From positions 21,762,001 to 21,826,000 of the forward strand of contig CM022671.1 in the NCBI GenBank assembly GCA_012295275.1: 64,000 bases of DNA, written 5' to 3'. Shown here in pieces: positions 41,056-55,732 of this stretch. A program made the translations under genes and the position numbers. Under the pieces are notes generated by a model. That model was given only the letters and a program-made list of their open reading frames with translations, was not told where the DNA came from and did not search any database. The stretch is from Chrysomallon squamiferum. Its lineage: Eukaryota; Animalia; Mollusca. Each line of letters opens with the position of its first letter. Positions within the stretch are counted from its first letter, which is position 1.

Positions 41056-41849
41056 TGTGGGTGTCATTGTCTTTCTGGACATAAAGAAACTATTCATGAA
41101 AAGTTCATGAAAAAAAAAAAAAAATACACTGAAAATTAATAACAATAATAATAAAAAGCCTGCATCTGAAATTAAATAAAATGATAGGAAAAAAAAAAAA
41201 AAACAAGAAGAAAGAACAAACAAAACATGAGAAGTAGAAAAAAAATTCCAAATATTATTATTTGAAACAGAGACAAATTTCTGTTGAAGATGTGGTACAG
41301 AGAAGCAAGTGTTTCTCATTGTTTTTTATGTGAAGAAGTTGGTTTAAAAGGATTAGTTTTATAATGGATGTCACTATCTGAAGTTATTAAAACAATATAT
41401 TTTAAACTGAAAACAAGTTATGTAAGGAGATGTTGTGTTTTAGAATTTTAAGAATGAATATGTGTGACTCATTTGTAAATGTTTTTTATTTTACAATGTA
41501 TAAATGTAATTAAACATTTTGCAATAAATGTTTTATTTCTAACCTAATCTTCATTAGTTATTGTTTTAGTTTGGAGCTATATTAATGTTAAAGAAAAGAA
41601 TATAATCTTCTAAAATTTTAAATCAATCAACCTTCTGATGTAATTTCATGAACCAGTCTTGGAAACATAAAAAAAAACTTCTCCATAAGAAAACATTTTT
41701 AGGATGAATATAATTCCATGAATAAATGCTTATGCCATCACATTTCTATAAACATTTATAAGCTGTCAAACATAGTTATTTCTGTAATGGCGATAAGACA
41801 ATGCTCTCCTATTGTTAACAATTACCAAAAAGGAATTGTTTATATACAC

Positions 41850-42593
41850 TAGGGTTTGCAAATTACCGATAATATTAAAATCGGTAAATTACCGACAGAT
41901 ATTCTCAATACCGGTTTTCACCGGTTTTAGTTAGTTTGTACATAGGAAAAAGGTATTTACGGGGCTTTTGTGGACTGTTTTCTCTTACACATACTCATTT
42001 TATTTATTATCTGACACTCTCCTGACACCATTATTCATTATCCTCCTTTTCCTACCTGTTTTCAGAAAAAATCGTTAAATGAAACTTTATAGAACTTAAA
42101 ATGGGTACAAAAGTTATATAACAGAAATACATGCAATAAAAAACCAAGAAGAAATGTGGATGTGAATTTTATATAAAGGAAACACGGAAAATGTACATCA
42201 CATGCTTTGCAACTTTCGAAAAGTTCTGATTCATTCCTCGATACTAGAGAAGTATGAATTTAAAAAACACAAAACATCTAATGTCTTGGGCGACAACCGA
42301 GAAGCAGGAGCCAATCCTTTATCACTAGTCACCAAAATGACTTAGGATGGCACACATGTCAGCAGTCAAACAGGTAAACGTGGAACATTGAACAGACGAG
42401 CATCGAACTCGCATCTGAAGGCACTCTAGCAACACCTGAATAACTAACATAATCTTATGTTAACAACTAACATATCTCTCAACATAACTCATTAAAATTT
42501 AGAAAACCGATATTGGTGCTTCGGCAACAGTATTACCCATCAGTTACTAAAACCGGTATTTACCGATATTTAAATACCAGTTTTAGAAACCTA
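41850..42593. mobile_element. Non-autonomous hAT-family DNA transposon (744 bp)
   Basis: Perfect 8-bp TSD ATATACAC at 41842-41849 and 42594-42601. Imperfect TIRs TAGGGTTTGCAAA / TAGGTTTCTAAAA. Multiple subterminal TACCG/ACCGG/CGGTA motifs at both ends. Confidence 0.85.
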
Positions 42594-42926
42594 ATATACA
42601 CCATCGTCCTGTTAGGAACACATAAACCTCGATGAAAATGGTGTTGAAGGGTAATGTAATAATGGAAAACTGATTATATGATTATCATTAACTTGAACTG
42701 CTGAATTTGCGTTTTCGGGATAACATATATATAATAATATTACTTCAAAACAATTTGTAGCAGCACTGTGTTACATTACTTTTATTGATCAATTCTCATG
42801 TGTGCAAATGCTTGACAGTTTTCTAATGTAGTCATTGATATGTGACTTGTTTATCTAAGGCTCCTGTGTGGTCTATGAAAAGGTTTATTTATTTATTTTT
42901 ATTTATTTATTTATTATGTTTTTTTA

Positions 42927-43006
<80 letters not shown>
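42927..43006. repeat. Compound (ATT)n(ATC)n microsatellite
   Basis: Visible directly. Similar (AAT)n tracts lie at about 22-75, 38400-38466, 39940-40004, 48743-48806, 52153-52202 and 63817-63884. Confidence 0.9.
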
Positions 43007-43933
43007 TAATTTAAAGTGTCATGTTGCAAAAAAAGATAAAATTATGGATACACAAATATGAATAGAGTAGTCTTGTTCCATCCACTACGGTGTGTTTGGG
43101 ATATATGTGTTTCCCGTTATATATTTATTATATTTAAAATCTTTTCACAACAAAAATCGTTCTAAAATGGTTTAATTTTGTAACAACTGTTCCTTTAAAT
43201 TTTTTAATAGGACTAAGAATTTTAAAATTCATTCCCTATTTTCTTTATTTAGCACTGATAATGCAATTATATCTTATTTATATATGATAACAAAAGCAGT
43301 AATTATTTAAAAAAAAAAAAAATTAAATTAAATTAAATTAAAAAAACAAAAACAAAAAAACGTTTATTAAATGTTCAGTGCCATAACTGCTGGCTTGAGG
43401 TATATTTGGTCGTACGATCGATTCTTCTTCGCTGTTTCCCGTTCTATTCAATGTCTTTGATTGTGTATCAAAAAAGAATTTATCCATATATATATATATA
43501 TATATACCGTTAAATAAAACATTTCATCCTTCCTGTTAGAAACAAAACAAAAAAAAAAAAAAATTTCTGGGTTTGCGAAAGAAATTTACTTAGATGAAAT
43601 AAAAGGCTTCGTTCTCTACCTTGTCAAGATCTGACTTCCGTTGACAGTTACGTCTGCGCGATTACATGCGTGTTCGTTTCTCTGTATAAAATGTTCAGAC
43701 GGTGATCGTGTGAATTGTTTTCACTCCGTGTGTGCTTATCTGAACAAAGCAACCGAACGTGCCTTTTCGCACTATTTGTCTTGTGACTTGTACACCAATC
43801 GATCTATTGTCCAACCCGGCTGAACAAATTACCTCAAGTTAATTTCGATCAAAACCTCCGCGGTTTTAATTGTCGAGCGTTGTTTGACTCTGTTTTGCAT
43901 CAGTAGAAAAAGGGAAGAAAGAAAGAAATGCTG

Positions 43934-43968
<35 letters not shown>

Positions 43969-44398
43969 GACAAAGAAAATCAAAAGAAAGGGGACCAAAC
44001 TAAACATCCCACAATTGTACACGTAGCACTAAAATCGTTATTGCCAGAATCTTTCTAAAAGAATTAACGTAAAAATTAAAATAAGTATGGGTTCGCAGTA
44101 ATTAGTATATACTGTTAACTGATTACGAAAAAGAATATTTGCTGTTAATGGAAGGAGTAACACACGTGGACTAGCTTGCTTCGTGTTAAGTTAATAATTT
44201 ATGAAGTGCATTGGGTGGGATGTCATTTTCTTGTATGTGCTTCGACAACAATTTTTTGATCTTTTTTTTTTGAACTCCCACCAAAAAAACCCACCTATTT
44301 TATTATTTAAAATCTTCTTATGTTTCTTTTTTAACCGTCACATGAAATACAGAAACCAACAACAGTATTTAAATAATAATAATAAAAATAATAATAAA

Positions 44399-44429
<31 letters not shown>

Positions 44430-45570
44430 TTTTTGACCTTCAAACGCTGCATTTTAAAATAAACACGCACACGTAAGTAATAAAAACTCTCACATATATA
44501 CATAAAAGATATTTTCGAGCATTCAAAACTGTAACGTTTTGTTTCAAAGAGAAAAATATAAGCATGACCTTAAGGGTAAATTTTAACTATATCATTTATT
44601 TCACGAAAAGACATTATCATTTACTGTACTGTCAAAGTTGTTAGTTGTGGTTTATTTTTTTTTTTTTTTGTTGTTTTTTTTTTTTTCAAAATCTTCTAAG
44701 ATCTCTATAGCTACTTTTAAGGAAAATAACATCGCAATAGAAGAATTAAAAATTAGGATAAAATTCTTTTTTTTTATTATATTTAAATAAATAAATAACA
44801 ATATTAAATTAGGATAAAGTTTTATTTTTATTATATTTAAATCAAGCATTTTGATTAGGAATAAATAAAATAAAATAAAATTACTGATACAATTATGAAA
44901 TTCGATTCTTCCAGGCGTGTCCTTGTTGTTTTTTCTCTGTTGTTATCGCAGGCGGTTACTCTCTCTCTCTCTCTGTCTCTCTGATGACTTCAGTTCATGA
45001 AATGCAGCAACGACATCTCTGCTTTGTCGTTCCTGATATACGTTGTGACTGTATCCAGTTTGGCAGTCAACTGCAAACATTTTGTGATACACAACTAACA
45101 CATGACGTTTCAACACAAACGGGCTTACTACAGAACTGCTCGTTCCGCAAATACCTGTCTTTGTTGACAAACATCGACGTACATAGTCGCTTCAGCACAG
45201 AAGGCAAGATCTTAACGTTCAGACACAGACGTGTCATGTCCTTTTGAAACTCCGAATAACAGAAACGATCACCCACCACCATCACCATAATCCCCCCACT
45301 GCCACCTTCACACCGGCAGTGCAAACTTCAATTAGAAGTGGTGCCAGGAATTAATCACTTTTCAAAAATAGATCTCTGTCGCGTTCTTCTTCTTTTTTTT
45401 TTTATCCTATAACCTGCGTTACGTCCGTCCAGCTGGGACGTGTCAGAAATATTCGTCACTGGATTATCTCCCTTGGTTGTCGTGGACGTTGCACAAACTT
45501 CCAGCTTCCTTCACCAGCAAATACCGACAGCGACAGATTAGTCAGAAGAAGAAGAGGAGACCGAACCGAA

Positions 45571-48423
45571 ATGTCTCGGATTTTGCGCAGCTTCGTTTTC
45601 GTGTTGGTTTCTCTCGTTTTTCGAGGTAAGATGTTTAGAATAATAAGCTACGATGTCTAAATCTTTGCCGTCGATAATATGATTAGAAAAACTTAATAAT
45701 AAAATTTTGTATATCTTACTTTTTTTTTCTTTTTTTTTTTAATGATACACAACTTTTCAATTCATTTAAAAAAACGTGGATCAGTATTATTTTCGTAAGG
45801 CAATGTTTCTGTGGGTGATAACATGGTTTTGCATTTCGTTCTGCAATGGACATCCGTTTAAAGGTAAGGTGTGTCAAAAACATTTCACATTATTTAGAGG
45901 TGAATATTCGTGTAAGCTTGATCATGAAGTTATTTAGAAAAAAGAAGAAAAAAAAAATTATATATATAATTTATGAGTAAAATAAAAAATTTGACTGAAA
46001 GATGATTCATTGTGTCATTTACAACTGACAAAGGCACGCGCACACACCCACCCACAATCAGCACATACTCACACCAATGTGAGTGTTTTAACAACTGCAA
46101 TGTAATGTGTACACAATACGTAATACGTAATAATAATAATACTAATAATAGTAGATAGATAGATAGTTTTGTAGATATATATTTATTAATTTTAATATTA
46201 CCGTTTAATGATTAACAACTGTGGTTTGAATTTACTTTGCTAGAAGAGACAGAATACACAGAAACGTTATTCATTATTTTCTTAAAAACGTTCGTTAGTT
46301 TAATAAATTAAAACCATAAATACTACAATTTTACGGTTTATTATTATTATTATTATTATCCTTTAAAATTTATTTTTATACAAATAAAGGTATTATCTAT
46401 TAGTTTATAACCTGATCTATCTACCTTCAGATCTTCTCTATCTCTTGATTTCTCTTTCAGTTTATGAATTTTAACAAATATATATATTCTTTTACAGTTT
46501 ATATCAAGACTGTTTCTGTTAAAACGAATTCTTCCTTATTTTAATTAACGATACAGTTTATATAATAACAGGAGAATTTGGTAGTTCAATGAATTGAATT
46601 AAAATATTTTTAGACTGTTCACCGAAAATAGTTACGCAACTCAATATTTGCAAAATTAAAAACAAAATTAAAAAGCAAGAAAGATAAAAAAAAGAAAAAA
46701 GAAACGACGACTGATTTCTGTTTCAGGAAAATGGCCCTAACAACATTAGCATTTTAAATATTTTAATAAAGACGATGATAAACCTGCAGCCAGGGACTTC
46801 CACCACGCAAATGAGTTGTTAAGTAGCAGACTGAGCATTTGTGCTCTTAACAAATATGTTTTATTTGGACTCGGCTTTAGACTTGTTGATCTCTGCTCCG
46901 TGTGTGGACAAGAGACTAGCACTGTTTCCAGATCGATTACAGACGCGGTTCGTGCGCAAACAGGTTGATTTAAAATACCGGACGAGTTCCGACAGTCCAT
47001 TTAAAATACTTGCTTGATTACCGCTCATTTGAAAACCTATTTTGTTTGTTTGTTTGTTTGTTGTTGTTGTTGTTGTCATCCGGATCCTTTTTTCCTCAAC
47101 CAACTTTTTAATAGTACAAAGAACATTTGTTAATTTATAGATAACTCTGTCCGGCCGTCCATTTTTTGACTATTTCGTCTTTTCATTCGTTTGTTTTCTG
47201 TCCGACCATCCGATTTACTATTTGTTGTTCTTCACTTTGTTCTCAGTTCAGCAACCTTTCTAGCCAGATGTTTTTCTTTGTTTATGTATGTCTGTTTGTC
47301 TGTAACATTTTAGTATAAAGGTTAACAACATTGCTGGCATGTTTTTACAAGCCAGTCAAGGCTCAAGCATCTTATTTTTGTTTTGAATTTATTTGCAGTA
47401 GTTAAAACAAGTGAGGAATTTTGAACTGTGTCATATTTGAAACCACTAGGAAATTGATAAATAAATAAAGTTTCCTTTTGAGTATTAAAATATTTCCTTG
47501 ATAATGAAACTTCTGAAAGTTATATATAAATTGGATGTATTTCCATCTCTTTTGTCATCCACATTCTTTCATTAATTTTTTTCTTCTTTCTGCTATTTCA
47601 TTCAGATTTGCACACGCATTTATTTCTGTCTGTCTTTCTATCTATCAGTCCCATCCATTTGTCTATCTCTCTATCTACCTACATACACATATACAAACAT
47701 ACTTAGCTGTCTGACTGTCGCAATATCCATTCATGTATCTATCAGTCCGTCTGTCTGTTTATCTCTATGTCTGTCTGTCTATTTGTCTATCTATATGTCT
47801 GGTACATAAAAAAAAATAGAATTAAAAAAAAAAAAAAAAAAATAGCGAATACTATTTTAAAGTTATACTTATTTATGTGCAACACACGTAACTGAGTGTA
47901 TCATTGTCTGTTAGCTACGACAGTTCGTTTGGAAACAAAACGTGACAACAAACGTCAGAGGTAAGTGACACCGTCACAGTTCACACGTGACTTAAAAGAA
48001 TCGTACCACACTGTCCAGCGTTGGTTGTGCGAAGGCGGCAAAAGTAGATAATCGGGTTCAAACATCGAATGCCTGTACGGCGTGTCTGCCCTTCCACTCT
48101 CACACATCACGACAGTTGTTATTTGCCGACACGGCAAGTCCGTGATTATGCCCGACGCCCGCCGAGTTTTGACACAAACTTGCTTCGTGTTCTTCCGCTG
48201 ATCTTCTTGACATTTTCGTATCTGTCATAAGAATGTATACACTGGCATTGTTTTCCTGTTTGAAAAAAAAAAAACTTCGCTGGAACGACAATCCCATCTG
48301 GATGACAGTCATCGTCTGCAAATAAATGTGTTATCGCTGGTCCGTAATAAAATTTACTTCGCGAGTCACGTAACAATGTAACAATCTTTGTCGTGAAACT
48401 GTAGGCGTGAAAATTTTTTTCCT

Positions 48424-48508
<85 letters not shown>

Positions 48509-48743
48509 CATACACACACGCATATATAATTTACAAGTATAATTTGTTTCCAGTTTTTGAAATCATATGGGTAATAAATTACAATTTAAATATTATTTTA
48601 CATCTACTTATTTATTTATTTATTTATTTATAATTTCCCCCCTCCATTATAACCTGATTCATTTATTTACATTTATTTACTTGTTCAGAACATATCTATG
48701 TAAAGTGAAAAAAAAAAATAAAAAAAAAAAAAAAAAATAAATA

Positions 48744-48790
<47 letters not shown>

Positions 48791-50196
48791 TAATAATAAT
48801 AATAATACAAAATATAATAATAATAAATAAATAAATAAATAATGAAATTTAAATCATTCACATTACTGTTATGCTTGTCATCAGTTACCTGCAATTAGAA
48901 AAAACAACAACAACAAAACAACCTAAATGAGTTAAACACTTCCAGGTTATTCCGGTACGAAATGTTTAAATGAAAATTATCCTCGATGTAAAACTATGTT
49001 TAAAAATGCGGAAGGGATTACGTATTTAAGGCGTTTATCACATTCCAGCACCTCCTCCACAGTCGAGTTAATCTATGGAAATGTGACTTGAGCTGCGTTG
49101 TTAATGAATTAATGATAATTCATGAACTTAACAAACTTTAATATGCATTGTTATTTGGTGCGTAAGGCCATTATTCCAAAAATATTAGTTAATATTGTAA
49201 ATGATTTAAATAGATGCTCTTATACGTGTGTGTACACTCACATACACACACACACACACACACATATATATATGTATAATTTTACACATCATTCTTTTTT
49301 TCTTTCATTTTCTTCATGTTCTGTAGTCAGATTTTGTTATTTTGTTGAATAAGCTGGTGTCAGCAGTTTCTACACAGAAAAAAAAAAAAAAAAAAAATAC
49401 TGAACGTGATTCTATCGCAGTATACCTTTTTATCAAACAGATTTTCTAGAATAAGTAAATAATTCGTGATAATGACCATGGTGTATTTTCTGACAAAACT
49501 CGCACAACCTTTCAAATTATGCATAACTTTGACGTTAACCTTACGTGGAAATATTTCAGCTTGTATCACTCTCATGGCTTTGGTTTCCCCGCCCCTTCTG
49601 AATCGGCGTTTTATTTTGAATCTATCTGAAAGTAAACTTTCCAAAATCAACAGAATATATATCGAGAACGTGTTCTGCGGTAATCTTTCGGGCCACGCCA
49701 GTGGTTACATTTTGACGATGCTTTAATCCTGGCATGTTCGAAATTTCGGATGGATCCGTTTTAATTATTTACTTTTTATGGTCTTGTTTTACTACGGCGG
49801 GGTTATTCTGCGATTTCTGCATTTACATCAGCAGGTTTTGAACAATGTCCATCAACACTGTTGTAGTCGTACTACTGCTGTCTGTTGCTTTTTCAGCCAA
49901 CGATGTCGTGTCGCAGGGTTGCAACGCGACGATGGCGGAATCGTGTGTTGCAGAAATGGAGGTCGTCTTGAACCAAGTCATTGAATCGGCGACGTCAGCA
50001 AATCGGGGCCAGACGCTGGAAAATCTGTGTTTGTGAGTTTTGTTATTTTAAGCAGTGTTAGTAGAAATATAAAAAGTGTAATCATAGGAAAGGATTACTG
50101 CAAACACGTTATATGTAAAAATCAGAAATATGCCGAAAAAAGGCTTCACATAGAACAAATTGCAATAGAATTGTTTTATAATAAATTGCAGTAGAA

Positions 50197-50227
<31 letters not shown>

Positions 50228-50651
50228 AACAGTGATTGCAATAAGACAAGTAAAATGCATAATATTTTTAGTAAACTATATTACAATATTTGTTTCACTT
50301 GTTTTATCTTTCAGAAGTGACATTTATTATCTAGCCTTTTCTATATAGTTTCATTAAACAGTAAGAAAAAAGAAGCTACAGATTATTCACAATATAATTT
50401 CGACATCATCTTTTTCAGATAGCTGCTGATTTCATTTTTGTATTTGTAACAAATAGATTCTTACACATACACACACACACACATGCAAACACACACACAA
50501 ACACATACGCACACATATACACATATATCAGCTTACAGCCTATATACAGTAACTTCTCACAAATATAAACATAGGAGCATACAGTAACTTCTCACAAATA
50601 TAAACATAGGAACATACAGTAACTTGTCACAAATATAAACATAGGAACATA

Positions 50652-50749
<98 letters not shown>

Positions 50750-51699
50750 GTAAACTTTTAAAACATTTATTTCAGGAACACTATTAAAGGTAACAACTTG
50801 ACCCAGTGCTATATAGACGCGACAGCTGGGTGTGGACAAGAAGGGACCAGTCCTCCTACTCGAACTCTCCAGCGCTGGGAAAGAGTGATGCAAGACATAT
50901 ATAAACTGTGTGATGGAGGTAAGAAATAATCAGGGCTAAATAATCCCTGTAATACATTTTAATTGTAATAAAAGAAATAATTAGCATGCCTGAATATTTC
51001 GTGTAATATAATTTTATTTTAATAATAGTAATAAACGTATGCGCAAACATTTCGTGTAATAAAATTCCATTTTAAATTCGATGTGAATAATTTTAATAAA
51101 AAGCCTTATTTTAATAAAATATTGTTAAAGAATTCATATAAATAATTAATTTTGAGTAATTAAAAGTATAAAAAAAAATATATTTTTTAAAAACATTCTA
51201 AGTTTGACTTGATAATTTTGTAAAAAGGATCTCTTAAATAAACAGATATTTGCTTGTCAAAATTCAGTCATTTACTGCTTTCCAAATCAAATAAGACTCA
51301 TGCGATCCCAATAATTAATTAAACATTAAATTTTGTTCATGTTTCACATTACTAAACTTTCAAGAAGCATAGATATCCTAGTTAAAAACGTAAGTCTTGA
51401 CTCTCAGTTACATACAGATAAAAGCTGTTCTGTTGGCTGTAAAGCTAATGGATCTAGTCAGGCTTACGTACTGATTATAAGAATATCATCACGACACGAT
51501 GATATTTACTGTACAGGTAAAGAGGAATGCTTTTGGGAATAACTAAGGTAAAACAGAATGCAAGCAAACGATTATTTTTCACAAGAGAATATCAAATGAG
51601 AAAAAGACTGTAAATAAAAATATTAATTATTTATATTTAAATTGGAGAAATTATAACAGTTCCTTCTTGTACTTTCTTTTTACGAATTAAGACATTAAA

Positions 51700-51732
<33 letters not shown>

Positions 51733-52152
51733 AAATTAATTATCTCTTCATAATTATGATAAGATAGACCGACATATGTATTACATATATGTAATCTTAG
51801 ATTGAGAGATAGATACATAGGTAGACAGATGTAGATAGACAAAAAGACAAACAATCAGACAGACAGTATGTATGATTATTACTGAATTTAATTATTTCAT
51901 TTTATCGGACATCACATTTCTTCCAACCGCAGATTTGTTTCCTGTATCTGAACTAACAGGTCGTGGTACAATATTTGCTATAGGAAATTATCTGCGGTCA
52001 GGAATCTTTCTCTGTCGCTTTATATAAATATACCTTCCTTCGACACATTTCTACAAATCCAAAGCAAGATACTATATTGATTTAAAAACTTTAAGGAGAG
52101 ATTTTCTAAATATATGCAAAATTACATTTTTCTTCAAAAGATTTAGTGATGA

Positions 52153-52206
<54 letters not shown>

Positions 52207-52688
52207 TTAGTGCTTCTTTCACGTTGTTCGAATTTTAATACAGATACGTAACAATCTAAGTAGAATATATTTTTATTGTTTGATATTGTACTTTGCATTA
52301 TTGTTTTAAAAAGTTTAAGAAAATAACATCTTAGACTAGTACAGCTTCTATTATTACTCTACTACCATTACTGTTACCACTATTATAACTATTATAAACT
52401 ATTATTATTATTACTACTACTACTAACTGCCATTACTGTTACTACTACTAAACCGAATATTACCACTGCCACCGCTAGGCTGTACCGGCTGTTAGTACTT
52501 TTATTACTAATAAAATAATTATATTGCAGCATGTCCCAGTTTTCTGGAACGAACAATAAACATCACACAGTGTACAAGTTTGATTAGATTCGACGCTCTT
52601 TACGATTCTTCGTTCGGAAATTTCTGCAGGTGATTATAATCGTCTGAATTCGTTTAAATAATTAAAATGAAATTTCATATATATATAT

Positions 52689-52780
<92 letters not shown>

Positions 52781-52892
52781 ATACATGTTCATCAATTGGC
52801 GGTTTATTTATATTAAAAAGCAGAAACTGTTTTAGATCTTTGACGAAAACATTAATAATAAAACTGGTCTTGGACTTTAAGTAATTTTAAAA

Positions 52893-52932
<40 letters not shown>

Positions 52933-53354
52933 ATTAATAAATCTCACATATTTGTCGTATATCTGCATTCAAGGGTAAAATATTAATATATATATTTGAA
53001 TGTACGGAATATTTGAATGACCAACACAAATAAACACAATTTGACTATTTTACAACTCAGATCTCTGAATGAAAGTCTCGAATGTGCGTCTGTCGTTACA
53101 AGCGACTGTCCAATGTTTGGACGACTTTTCTACGATTTGCTCCCCGAAGGCGTAGATACGACAGCTAACACAATATGTACCAAAGGTAAGGGTATCAGTT
53201 TTATTGCACACAGTTTACTAAAGATGTCTTTTTTTCTTACTGTCGTATATGGTATTATAAAGGATTATTTAGAAGGATGACAGTCATGTAATGTCTAATG
53301 ATTTTGACAAATAAATACATGCATACATCAATATTAAAAGGTGACATATATATA

Positions 53355-53388
<34 letters not shown>

Positions 53389-55698
53389 TACTATCTCTAT
53401 ATATGCGTAGATGTTTTGTTATTACAACGATTTACTCATGTATTTGTTGATTTTATATTTAACGGCGCTTAAAAACGTAATAAATAAAGGCTTCTGAGTA
53501 TAATTAAATACTGATTACATTTAAATATAATTATCGCACATGTATTTGGATATAGACCGCTGTTGCTTTTAGGCTTACTGCATGTATCAGTAGTTTCTTT
53601 TATTGATTTGAATAACTGAAGAAACAAATATCATTATAGAATTTGCATGACTGAGAATTATTTAGTTTTATACTTTCCAATACCATCGCGTTTATTGACA
53701 AATTATTATTTATTTGTAAACTGAAAGAATAGACACGATTAGTTAATCTTAACATGTATACGACATTTGTATTCACGTACGAAATAAACCGAAGATCATC
53801 GACTTTATAACGTAATGGTTACGTCACATTATTACATTTTCACCAAACCTAACATCGAGAGAATGAGTATTTTTATTTCTAAAAGTATTTTATACTTGGG
53901 CTCTTTCTGTTTATTTCGAATATATAAGGATATTAATTTTCTCCAAACGTTTAACAAAATATTCTGTGGACAAGACAAAAAACCAAACCTAAAACATGAA
54001 CAAAGCGTCGTAAACCAGGAAAGGGAGATTTTCGGAATTCATGACGTATGTATATTATTAACAGAAATACAAAAGTGGCGGCTCCAGAAATACTATAAAC
54101 AAATAAATAAATTACTGCGATTGGAGTAGGAGCTTCTACCAAATAGGCTTTACTAAGAGAGACATATAAACATTGACTGGAAATCAAATATTACGTGTAT
54201 ATCAATGGGTATTTACAAAATAGATTTAAATCATAAAATGTAATTTAGGGAGAAGCATTAAATGTCAAGTATATATTTAATATTAGCTCTTTCGCTTCAG
54301 AGTTATTTTAGATGTTGCGTTGAAGGTTTGTATACAGAAGGTAAAGATTACGTTGCTGGTTTTTTTTCATGTTTGATTACTTGATTATATTTTGTGAGGG
54401 CTTGATTGATTAACTTTGTTATGTGCCTCTAAAATCAGTTTAGAAGAAATCTTTCTGAAACTGTCATTTCCATGCGAATGTCATTGTAATATAATAAAAT
54501 ATTCTTTGCAATTTGTGTATTTATTTATTTATTTATTTTAGTTTCAGAAAAGAAAAAAGAAAAAACAAAAATCCGTTAAAAATGATATATAAAAAATTAA
54601 TCATTGATATTTAACTTTTTACATTTAATTTTAAATTTAAGTTTTCGCTCAGTTAATACTGACATTATCTAATATTTTCAGTTAATATTTTCTTCAATAA
54701 CTTAGCACATAAAAGTATATTAATGAAGTATTACATTTTAAAAATATATTGCAGGATGTGAAAACTTTGATGAAGCAATGGCGATCCTAGACACGTGTAA
54801 ACAACACGTAATGAATTTACCTGAAGATCTGGAAACTGCTTGCAAGTATGTACATATGGATACATTTGATTACATGTGGATATATCAGTATATTTGTATT
54901 TGTATGACATTTGTGTATAAATTAACAGACAGATGGATGGAAAGACATACAGACTCATATCTATCTACTTACCTACCGGCCTACCTATCTACATACATAC
55001 CTATCCACGTAAATGTATGCACATATACACACACATATACACATACATACACATACAAACATATGTATTTACATGTACATTCACACGCATATACGCACAG
55101 ACACACGCGCTCGAACTGAAGATAAGCAGACCAACGACTGTGCAACTGAGAAAAGTAAAGCGTTATCTCCCTTTTTTTTTTTTTTTTTTTTTCAGATCGT
55201 ATCTTCGGTTCAAGATGTGTCTAGCTTCGTCCAATGTCCCTGTAACCTGTCCCATGTTTGAAGCACTTCTGAAAGTTCTTTATCCTCAACACATATTTGG
55301 TCTTTATGAACAGCAGTGTAACAGATCGGACTCTGCCCTGGAATGTAAGTAAGGGTGGGGGTATAAATCAGACGTGAACTGTACCATAAATCTACTTAAA
55401 AACTGACTACGGCGATAACAACAACAACAACAACAACAACATCAACAATAACAATAACAGCAGCAGCAACAGAAATATCAATATCAACAGCATCAGTATT
55501 AATTATCAATTTTGGTTTTCAGCTAACGATAAATGTGGTCCAAAAGGTGAGGCCCGTATTCAACACTGCGTCAGAGTTTTAGCCCTGGCTTGGCCAATGA
55601 CAGTGGTAAATCCTGAAATTTCAATTCAGCAATGCAGGTACAACAGCGACAACATCAACATCAACACTAATAATAATAATAATAATAATAATAATGCA

Positions 55699-55732
<34 letters not shown>

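Noticed and set aside
44943-45324. Overlapping 75-87 aa ORFs on both strands
   Set aside because: No recognisable domain. They are best explained as GC-richer 5' UTR or promoter sequence of the downstream Cys-rich gene.
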